60,626 bases of DNA. Origin: Pseudomonas virus PBPA162. The stretch lies in sequence record NC_070971.1; one strand, written 5' to 3'. The translations under genes were made by a program, and so were the position numbers. The notes below the pieces were generated by a model. The model was not told the DNA's origin. It searched no databases and saw nothing but the letters and a program-made list of their open reading frames with translations. Of the stretch, positions 53,458-60,626 are shown in pieces. Numbering within the stretch: the first letter of the stretch is position 1; every line of letters begins with the position of its first letter.

Positions 53458-55887
53458 ATGCAATTTTGGCACTCCATCCCCCAGGAGCTCCGGGCTCTGC
53501 CGCAATGGTGCTTCACGTACCCGGCTGACCCCGACCCTAAGCGCCGGAAAGCCCCGCGAAAGCGGGGCGGATATCTGGCCAGTGACACCAACCCGCAGGA
53601 TTGGATGACTTTTGAGGAGGCCTGCCAAAACGCAATGCAGTGTAACGGTCACATCGGTTTTATGCTGTCGGAAACCGATCCGTATGCCTGCATTGACCTG
53701 GACGTCGTGGACCAGGAAACGCAAACCGCCAAAGGGGTAACTGTGGACCCCACCCTTTGGACAACCCAGGAACAGCTCAACCGTTTTTGGGCCATTGCGC
53801 AAGCCATGACCAGCTACGCCGAACGAAGCGTTGGCGGCAAGGGTATGCACATTTGGGTCAAAGGTGCTATTGGTCGCGGCTGTAAGCGCGACGGCGTGGA
53901 GGTATACAGCCAGGAACGGTTCATCATCTGTACTGGCCAACCGGTTATGAACTTGCCCATTATTGACCGGCAGAACCTGTTGCAACAAATGGTTGCGGAG
54001 ATGCGCAAGCATCAGCAGCGGCAAAGGGCGGAGCTGGTTGAAGTAGAGCAAGAGTTGGAAGACTTTGAAGTAATGGACTTGGCCATCAATGCGGAAAACA
54101 GCGACAAGTTCAATACGCTGTGCAGCATGCGTGCCAACTGTGACCACACGGGCGAGCCTGGTGACTGGCACATCTTGGGCTATAAGTCACAGTCCGAAGC
54201 TGACCTTGCCCTTATGTCCATCTTCACCTTCTACAGCAAGTCCAACGAGCAGTGCCGTCGGTTGTTCCGTATGACCGGCTTGGGCAAGCGCGCCAAATCC
54301 ATGGCAGACGACCGCCACCTGAACCTAATGCTGTCCATGATTCGTGGCCGGCAAGCCGAGCAGGAGGCCGTGGAGGCCGAGGAGATTGAGCGAGCCGCAG
54401 CAATGGCTATGCGCATGATGCACGAAGCCAAGATGCGTGAGGACGCCAAGAAGACCACCATACTGCACGCCCCTGGGGCGGTGGAGCCGGTGGTGCTCGA
54501 ACAGCCCGTGTCCGCTGCTGTGGTTAATGCCGGACCCTCTGTGCATGTGGAGGATGATGGGGAGGGGCTTAGCTGGCCCCCAGGGATGGTGGGTAAGATT
54601 GCCCAGTTCGTATACCAGAGCAGCCCCCGCCCTGCCAAGGAAATCAGCATCGCTACCGCGATTGCGGTCATGGCTGGCATCTGCGGGAAGGCGTTCGGGT
54701 TCACAAACTCTGGTCTTAACATGTACTTGACTCTTATTGCGAGGTCTGGAGTGGGTAAGGAAGCCATGCACAGCGGTGCCAGTAACGTCATTCAAGCTAT
54801 TGCCAGCCGGCAACCACCGGCAGCCAGGTTTGTTGACTTTACCCGCTATGCGTCCGGTCCTGCCCTCAGCAAGGCCGTAGCAGCAAACCCGTGCTTTGTC
54901 AATATCGTTGGCGAGTGGGGTCGGCGCCTGGAGCGTATGGCTATGGAGGGTGGACGGGACACAGTGAACCAGGAACTGCGCACCGTTATGACTGACCTAT
55001 ACCAGAAGTCTGGTGGTAACAGTGTAGTTGGCGGTATCGGCTACTCGAACAAGGAAGGAAACGTTGCCAGTGTGACCGGGGTTGCATATAGCATGATTGG
55101 CGAGTCCACCCCGGACACGTTCTACCGTGCACTTACCCCTGCCATGATGGAAGACGGCTTCCTTAGCCGGTTCCTCATTATTGAATATACCGGTAAGCGT
55201 CCAAAGCTGAACCTAAACCAAATTAGCGAGCCGGACAAAGCCCTGGGTGACGCCCTGGCCGAACTGGCAACGCACGCCATGACGGTTACGGACAGGGGCG
55301 AACGGGTACCCGTGCAACGCACCGGGGAAGCAGCAAAGCTCATCGCCGACTTTGAAGCTGAGTGCGACGAGCGCATTGACGCAACTGACCTGGAAATGTA
55401 CCGGCAGATGTGGAACCGTGCAAGTTTGAAGGTTATGCGCCTGTCCAGCCTGCTGGCGGTTGGCGACAACTGGATCAGCCCGTGCGTGACTGCGGAGCAT
55501 GTGCAATGGGCATTGGACTGCGTACGTAAAGACATACGCACAATGAACCGTCGAATCCAAGATGGCGACGTGGGCCATGCGGACGACAGCAACCGCATGC
55601 TAAAAATTAGCCAGGTGCTACGCGGATACATGGAAGGGCACTACGAAGGAACTAACCTGGCGTTGCAAGCGAAAGGCATCATTCGCAGGTCCGATATCTA
55701 CAACCGAGTGCGTAACCTTACGCACTTCAAAGGAACAGGCAAGGGGCCGAGCTCTAGCCAATTGCTTGACAGCGCCCTTCGTTCCATGGTCGACAACGGT
55801 CAGTTGCGCGAAATGGACAAGGGCAAAATGGAACGGGAGTTTGGCGTTAGTGGGCGAACGTTCCGCATCATTAGCTTAGAGGGTTAA
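53458..55887 (+). CDS. Primase-polymerase (PrimPol) fused to C-terminal P-loop/helicase-like domain
   Basis: N-terminal IDLDVVD and GKGMHIWVKG motifs. The large C-terminal domain carries a GVGKE P-loop-like segment. Confidence 0.7.
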   Translation: MQFWHSIPQELRALPQWCFTYPADPDPKRRKAPRKRGGYLASDTNPQDWMTFEEACQNAMQCNGHIGFMLSETDPYACIDLDVVDQETQTAKGVTVDPTLWTTQEQLNRFWAIAQAMTSYAERSVGGKGMHIWVKGAIGRGCKRDGVEVYSQERFIICTGQPVMNLPIIDRQNLLQQMVAEMRKHQQRQRAELVEVEQELEDFEVMDLAINAENSDKFNTLCSMRANCDHTGEPGDWHILGYKSQSEADLALMSIFTFYSKSNEQCRRLFRMTGLGKRAKSMADDRHLNLMLSMIRGRQAEQEAVEAEEIERAAAMAMRMMHEAKMREDAKKTTILHAPGAVEPVVLEQPVSAAVVNAGPSVHVEDDGEGLSWPPGMVGKIAQFVYQSSPRPAKEISIATAIAVMAGICGKAFGFTNSGLNMYLTLIARSGVGKEAMHSGASNVIQAIASRQPPAARFVDFTRYASGPALSKAVAANPCFVNIVGEWGRRLERMAMEGGRDTVNQELRTVMTDLYQKSGGNSVVGGIGYSNKEGNVASVTGVAYSMIGESTPDTFYRALTPAMMEDGFLSRFLIIEYTGKRPKLNLNQISEPDKALGDALAELATHAMTVTDRGERVPVQRTGEAAKLIADFEAECDERIDATDLEMYRQMWNRASLKVMRLSSLLAVGDNWISPCVTAEHVQWALDCVRKDIRTMNRRIQDGDVGHADDSNRMLKISQVLRGYMEGHYEGTNLALQAKGIIRRSDIYNRVRNLTHFKGTGKGPSSSQLLDSALRSMVDNGQLREMDKGKMEREFGVSGRTFRIISLEG

Positions 55888-55889
55888 CA

Positions 55890-56630
55890 ATGAAAGACTA
55901 CATGCAGCAAGCCGATGTAACCATGAGCCCTGTGTACGCAGGTGGACAAGTGGACGACTACTTCCTTACCAGCCTGCTCACCAATTATGTCGGGCTTACC
56001 GACACGCTGGACAGCGTTAAGAAAGCGCTGTTTTACGGCAAGGGGGACTTTGTTGACCATGGCTCGCAAACGTGCGAGCACTGGCCCCAAACCCTGGTAG
56101 CCAACAGCCAGGGCGCCATTACCCGCGACCAGGCCGTTGAGCTGGTGCATGGCATTATCGGCGTCGCCACCGAGGCCGGGGAAATGGTTGCCGCGTTACT
56201 GGAAAGCTTCAACAATGGGAAACCCCTGGACCTTGTCAACATGGTTGAGGAAACCGGTGACGTAATGTGGTACCTGGCGGCCATCCTGAAGAACTGCAAC
56301 TCCACCTTCGAAAAGGCCCAGCAAATCAACATCCAGAAGCTGCGTCAACGCTTTGGCGACAAGTTCAGTTCCTACGATGCACTGAACCGTAACCTGGACG
56401 CCGAGCGCAAGATCCTGGAGGGTAACGACGGCAAGGTACCCGTGGAAGGCGAAGTAAAACACCTGGATGATGGCTGTATCATCAACCACAAGGGCGTCGA
56501 GCGCCTTGTATTCCACAAGGATGGTAAAACCTACGTGTCTTCGCGTGTGGTTAACACTTGCAAGCTCACCAATACCGTTAAGACGCTGAACAGCGTTTAC
56601 CGGGTTTCGCAACTGGACTGGATTAACTAA
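55890..56630 (+). CDS. MazG-like nucleotide pyrophosphohydrolase with C-terminal extension
   Basis: RBS GAGGG. GVATEAGEMVAALLE...EETGDVMWYLAAIL forms the EExGE/ExxD helix pair. Confidence 0.6.
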   Translation: MKDYMQQADVTMSPVYAGGQVDDYFLTSLLTNYVGLTDTLDSVKKALFYGKGDFVDHGSQTCEHWPQTLVANSQGAITRDQAVELVHGIIGVATEAGEMVAALLESFNNGKPLDLVNMVEETGDVMWYLAAILKNCNSTFEKAQQINIQKLRQRFGDKFSSYDALNRNLDAERKILEGNDGKVPVEGEVKHLDDGCIINHKGVERLVFHKDGKTYVSSRVVNTCKLTNTVKTLNSVYRVSQLDWIN

Positions 56631-56699
56631 TCGGCTTGGGGTTGCTATTACGGCAGCCCCAAGTTACTATAACCACAGTTAACCACAGGAGTAACTAGC

Positions 56700-57128
56700 A
56701 TGACCCTTATCCCGCAAAACCCCGTCAGCCAGGTGGACTTGACCGAATGGTACAACATCCAAGCTGAGCTAAAGCGGCTCAAGGCTGCGGAAAGCGTGCT
56801 GCGGTCCAAAATCTACAAGGGCCTGTTCCCCAACGCCATCGAGGGCACCAACAGCCACCCCCTGGACGGGGGCTATGTGCTCAAGGCCGTGCGCAAGGTT
56901 GAACGCAAAATTGACGTTGCGGCGTTCAAGGCGTTGCGTGCCGAGGAGGACAGCGACTTCACCAACCTGCCGCTCGACGCCCTGGTAGTGTACAAGCCGG
57001 AAGTTGTGATGCGTGCGTACCGCGCCCTGTCGGACGAGCAGCGCCACCTGTTCGACCAGGCCCTGACCATCAAGGACGGCTCGCCCAGCCTTGAAATTGT
57101 GCTACCGGCCTCGGCTAAGGCGCAGTAA
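56700..57128 (+). CDS. Hypothetical protein
   Basis: RBS AGGAG. A hairpin CTTGGGGTTGC-N7-GCAGCCCCAAG lies upstream at 56636..56664. Confidence 0.5.
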   Translation: MTLIPQNPVSQVDLTEWYNIQAELKRLKAAESVLRSKIYKGLFPNAIEGTNSHPLDGGYVLKAVRKVERKIDVAAFKALRAEEDSDFTNLPLDALVVYKPEVVMRAYRALSDEQRHLFDQALTIKDGSPSLEIVLPASAKAQ

Positions 57129-57598
57129 TGGCCGTAGTCACAATATTTAGCGACGCTTCCTATTGTGACCGCTACAAGGTAGCAGGGTACGCATTTCGCG
57201 TATCTTGCTGCCGGGGCCTTCGCAAAGGCAGCGGAAGCGTATTGGACGGCGTACCGGACAATAACGTGGCCGAGATGCTTGCTGTGGTTAAAGCACTGGA
57301 CTCTGCTGTTGAAAGCGGAATGGTACATAAAGGAGACAGCATCATTCATTACTGCGACAGCCAGGTTGCCATTAAGCGCCTGGAGCAAGGGGTTAATGCG
57401 CGTTCGTGTGAGGCTGAAAAAAGTTTGCACAAACGGTTGAAAACTCTTAGCGAGCGTTATACACTTTGCCTTGAGTTGAGGCATATGCGGGGCCATGGGG
57501 GCTATCGCGGGCCTCACAGGGCTTCCATGTCGGACTGCGACATTCTAGCACGTCAATCCATGAACCAAGCCCGTCGGGCTAAAAGGGGTCAACAATGA
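57128..57598 (+). CDS. Ribonuclease H
   Basis: TAATG coupling. IFSDASY, NVAEMLAVVKAL, YCDSQ and a C-terminal GHGG...D fit the RNase H D-E-D-D pattern. Confidence 0.6.
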   Translation: MAVVTIFSDASYCDRYKVAGYAFRVSCCRGLRKGSGSVLDGVPDNNVAEMLAVVKALDSAVESGMVHKGDSIIHYCDSQVAIKRLEQGVNARSCEAEKSLHKRLKTLSERYTLCLELRHMRGHGGYRGPHRASMSDCDILARQSMNQARRAKRGQQ

Positions 57599-58161
57599 GC
57601 GTAAACAAACAACACATGCTTTCCATGCTTCAGTCCAACTACACCACCGTCCGGGTAGTGTTCGAGGAGGTAGAAGCGTACAAGGGCACTGCGCCGAGCA
57701 TGAACGCCAATGAGCACGAAATGCACAGCGCACCGTGGGCCGGCGCACCGATGCCGCCGCCGATGAAGGGCGCGGGAACCGGACCGCAGCACGCCTACAG
57801 CTACAAGGTGGACAACGATATGGGCGTGCAAGTTAACGACGTGGTGGTTGTACCTGCCAGCGGGCGGCTTAAACTGGCCCTGGTGGTGCAGGTAGACGAA
57901 ACCCCGGACATCGACCTGACGGTTAACTGGGAATACCAGTGGGTTGCGGCAAAAGTCGACCTGTCCAACTTCTACGCCATGCTGGACAAGGAAAAGCGCT
58001 TCAAGACCCTGATGTTCGAGGCCGAGCGTGCCAAGCAACGCGAAAGCATGCTCAACGACATCAAGGCCCTGCTCCCGACCGAGGGCGAGGCTGGTGACCT
58101 GGCACGCGAAGCCCTGGGCCTGTTCAACCACAAGCTGGTCGTCGACGGTACTACCGAGTAA
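57595..58161 (+). CDS. Hypothetical protein
   Basis: ATGA coupling. 188 aa. Confidence 0.45.
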   Translation: MSVNKQHMLSMLQSNYTTVRVVFEEVEAYKGTAPSMNANEHEMHSAPWAGAPMPPPMKGAGTGPQHAYSYKVDNDMGVQVNDVVVVPASGRLKLALVVQVDETPDIDLTVNWEYQWVAAKVDLSNFYAMLDKEKRFKTLMFEAERAKQRESMLNDIKALLPTEGEAGDLAREALGLFNHKLVVDGTTE

Positions 58162-58202
58162 CCCAACCGGGGCGCGCAAGCGCCCCTACCTAGGACATGT
58201 AC

Positions 58203-59171
58203 ATGAAAGAGACGCAAGCGTACAAGGCGTGTGACTGGGACGAGGCTAAGCAATCCCTGCCCGCCGTTATCATGCCCAAGATTGACGGCGTGCGCGCCCA
58301 CGCGCCGGGTGTTCGCATCCTGGCGCGTAGCAACAAGCCGTTTGGCAACAAGCACACCAACTACTTCTTCACTGACGAGATGGTCCACGGGTTTGATGGC
58401 GAGCTTGCCGCTGAGCACGAAACCCACCCGGATCTGTGCCGCCTAACCACAAGCGCCACCAGCACCAGGGCCGGCGAGCCGTTCCTGCTCTGGCATTTGT
58501 TCGACTACATCACCGACGGCACCCGCCCGCTGGGCTACCTGTCCCGGCTCGGCTACCTGGCAGACCGCGTGCATGAATTGCAAGCCATGCCCGGTAGCAG
58601 GGAAGGTATCGCCGGACGCCTGCGCCTGGTGCCGTGGCAGATCGTCCACAGCCTTGACGAAATCGAGGAGGTTGACGAGAAGAACCTGTTGGCGGGGTAC
58701 GAGGGCAGCATTTTGCGATCGCCGTCCGGCCTGCACAAGCAAGGCCGTGGTACCCTGCGGGAACAAGGCTTCTTGCGCATCAAGCGCTTCATCCAGGAAG
58801 ACGCTGTTGTGGTTAGCCTGGAGCAGGGCAACACCAACACCAACCCTGCTTTAATCAATGAAGTGGGATACCAGTACCGAACCAGCCATCAGCAGGGGAT
58901 GGTCCCCAATGGTATGGTGGGCGCACTCATCTGCCGCACTATCAAGGACGCAGTTGACCCGTTCACCAAGAAGGTGCTCATTGCAGCCGGGTCCGAAATT
59001 CGGGTTGGTCCTGGTCGTATGACCGAAAAGGAAGCCAAGATGTACTGGGAAAACCAACACATGTTGCTTGGGCGCGTTATCTCGTACAAGTTCTTCCCGA
59101 AAGGGTTGAAGGACAAGCCGCGCTTCCCTACTTTTGAAGTGTTGCGTGCGCCTGAGGATGTTGTAACTTAA
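58203..59171 (+). CDS. ATP-dependent DNA ligase
   Basis: KxDGxR motif I (MPKIDGVRA), motif IV EGSILR and motif V LRIK. RBS AGGA 7 nt before the second ATG. Confidence 0.7.
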   Translation: MKETQAYKACDWDEAKQSLPAVIMPKIDGVRAHAPGVRILARSNKPFGNKHTNYFFTDEMVHGFDGELAAEHETHPDLCRLTTSATSTRAGEPFLLWHLFDYITDGTRPLGYLSRLGYLADRVHELQAMPGSREGIAGRLRLVPWQIVHSLDEIEEVDEKNLLAGYEGSILRSPSGLHKQGRGTLREQGFLRIKRFIQEDAVVVSLEQGNTNTNPALINEVGYQYRTSHQQGMVPNGMVGALICRTIKDAVDPFTKKVLIAAGSEIRVGPGRMTEKEAKMYWENQHMLLGRVISYKFFPKGLKDKPRFPTFEVLRAPEDVVT

Positions 59172-59231
59172 ACAGTTGCAACTTCATTTAACGCCTGGTA
59201 GCATTACCGGGCCTAACAACTGGGACTTCCA

Positions 59232-59966
59232 ATGAGCTTCCAAATCACTTCAGCAAACCAAGCTACGCAGTTCCACGGCGTTAAAGCGCTGGTATACGGA
59301 CCCCCTGGGATGGGTAAGACCGTACTGTCAGCCACCGCCCCGAACCCGCTGCTGATCAGTGCCGAGTCCGGCCTGCTTAGCCTGCGTAAAGATAACCTTG
59401 AACGTCTTTTTGGCGCCGGTCGTGCGGACATCTGCTACGACGTGCCGGTCGTCCAGATCAGTAACGTGACCGACCTCACCAACGTTTACAACTGGCTGGC
59501 CAACGATCAGGCGTCCATGGTATACCAAACCATCTGCCTGGACAGCATTAGCGAGATTGCGGAAGTAGTCCTCAATAACGCTAAGAAGCAGGTTAAAGAC
59601 CCGCGCCAGGCGTACGGTGAGCTAATCACCCAAATGGAAAACCTCATCCGCCTGTTCCGCGACCTTCCCGGTCGGCATGTGTACATGGCTGCCAAGATGG
59701 AGCCTCAGAAGGATGAATCCACCGGCATCGTTAAATACATGCCGTCCATGCCAGGCACCAAACTCGGTCCGAAGCTGCCGTACTTCTTCGATGAAGTGTT
59801 GCGCTTTGGTACCGCAAAAGACCCGCAGACTCAGCAAGAGTATCGGTTCCTGCAAACTTACCCCGATATGCAGTATGAGGGTAAGGACCGGTCCGGTGCG
59901 CTTGACGCTGTGGAGTACCCGCACCTGGGTAACATCTTCTCCAAAATCATGGCCGTTGCGGCCTAA
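59232..59966 (+). CDS. Sak4-like (AAA_24) recombination ATPase
   Basis: Walker A GPPGMGKT. It is adjacent to a DUF669 SSB-like gene, which is the typical phage Sak4/SSB pairing. Confidence 0.65.
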   Translation: MSFQITSANQATQFHGVKALVYGPPGMGKTVLSATAPNPLLISAESGLLSLRKDNLERLFGAGRADICYDVPVVQISNVTDLTNVYNWLANDQASMVYQTICLDSISEIAEVVLNNAKKQVKDPRQAYGELITQMENLIRLFRDLPGRHVYMAAKMEPQKDESTGIVKYMPSMPGTKLGPKLPYFFDEVLRFGTAKDPQTQQEYRFLQTYPDMQYEGKDRSGALDAVEYPHLGNIFSKIMAVAA

Positions 59967-59984
59967 CTACGAGGAAATAGCCAC

Positions 59985-60626
59985 ATGGCACAACTCAACT
60001 TCAACGCTCAATCCGTAACCCCCGACACCGGCATCGTCGACCCGATCCCCGCTGGCTGGGTTGTCGCTCAAGTTACCGAATCCGACATCAAAGCTACGCA
60101 AAGCGGCGGCGCCCGCCTGGCAACTACCTTCACCGTTCTGCAACCTCAGCAGTACGCCGGTCGGAAAGTGTTCACCGGGTTCAACATCAAGAACGACAAC
60201 CCCACCGCGCAGGAAATCGCGTTCAAGCAGCTCAGCGCCCTGGCACACGCCGTCGGCGTTCTGCAAATCCAGGATAGCCAGCAGTTGCACGGCATCCCGC
60301 TGCACATCCGCCTCAAGGTGCGTCCGGCCAAGGACGGCTACGAAGCCTCCAACGACATCACTGCTTACCGCTCCATGAGCGAGCCGCAGAAGCTGGTTGG
60401 CGAAGGCTCCGCAGTACCTGGCGTAGCTGTTCCGGGCAATGCTCCGGTCATGGGCGGCGCCCCGACCATGGCGCCGCAGATGGCACCGCAGATGGGTATG
60501 GCCCAGCCCGCCCCCATGCAGCAGCCGCAGGTTACCCCGGCCCAAGTTGCCCAGGCGCAGGTTACCCAGCCGCAGGTCCAGGTACAGCCGCAGGTTCAAG
60601 CACAACCCCAAGTGCAACAGCAGCAG
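59985..60626 (+). CDS. DUF669 / SSB-like protein, N-terminal part (no stop in window, continues at 1..249)
   Basis: RBS GAGGA. The N-terminal MAQLNFNAQSVTPDTGIVDPIPAGWVVAQVTESDIKATQSGGARLATTFTV...GRKVF matches the DUF669 pattern. The ORF runs off the window end in frame. Confidence 0.65.
   Translation, partial: MAQLNFNAQSVTPDTGIVDPIPAGWVVAQVTESDIKATQSGGARLATTFTVLQPQQYAGRKVFTGFNIKNDNPTAQEIAFKQLSALAHAVGVLQIQDSQQLHGIPLHIRLKVRPAKDGYEASNDITAYRSMSEPQKLVGEGSAVPGVAVPGNAPVMGGAPTMAPQMAPQMGMAQPAPMQQPQVTPAQVAQAQVTQPQVQVQPQVQAQPQVQQQQ

Noticed and set aside
1-60626. Integrase / repressor / attachment-site search
   Set aside because: No tyrosine or serine recombinase motifs and no CI-like repressor were recognised in any ORF. 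The genome is interpreted as virulent, but this rests on absence of evidence.

Overview
The window appears to be a complete, arbitrarily opened (circularly permuted) ~60.6 kb dsDNA tailed-phage genome. It looks like a siphovirus with lambda-like tail genes, from a high-GC Gram-negative host, possibly a Pseudomonas-type phage (not verified). Both ends of the window lie inside one gene, a DUF669/SSB-like CDS that runs 59985..60626 and continues in frame at 1..249.

Two transcription blocks are visible:
- Plus-strand early/replication/nucleotide block, 43700 -> 60626 -> 1 -> 15386. It contains many small early proteins, a PrimPol-helicase, MazG, RNase H, ATP-dependent DNA ligase, Sak4-like ATPase, DUF669 SSB, a Cas4-like exonuclease, an SF2 helicase, a 7-deazaguanine DNA-modification cluster (QueE, QueC-like, QueD, FolE, DpdA), a sliding clamp and a family-B DNA polymerase.
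- Minus-strand late block, 42459 -> 15444. It contains a DUF3310 protein, an Hjc-like Holliday-junction resolvase, the lysis cassette (M15 endolysin, holin, overlapping i-/o-spanins), TerS, TerL, portal, scaffold, major capsid, connector proteins, major tail protein, tail chaperones G/GT with a -1 frameshift, tape measure, M/L/K-like proteins, a gpJ-like central fiber and a tail fiber.

The blocks diverge at a 1.7 kb largely non-coding region (42014..43700) that carries AT-rich iterons, poly-C tracts and GCCTGG repeats. They converge at a bidirectional terminator at 15404..15432. No integrase or repressor was seen, so the phage is probably virulent.

The most interesting element is the 7-deazaguanine hypermodification locus. 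Its QueC homolog lacks the canonical Cys4 zinc motif and carries a ~120-aa C-terminal extension, and two small unknown ORFs are embedded in the cluster. A family of sigma70-like promoters of the form TTGCAC-N17-TA.A.T recurs across the genome, often preceded by AAAAGGGGG and in two cases (6491..6527, 51236..51275) embedded in inverted repeats.
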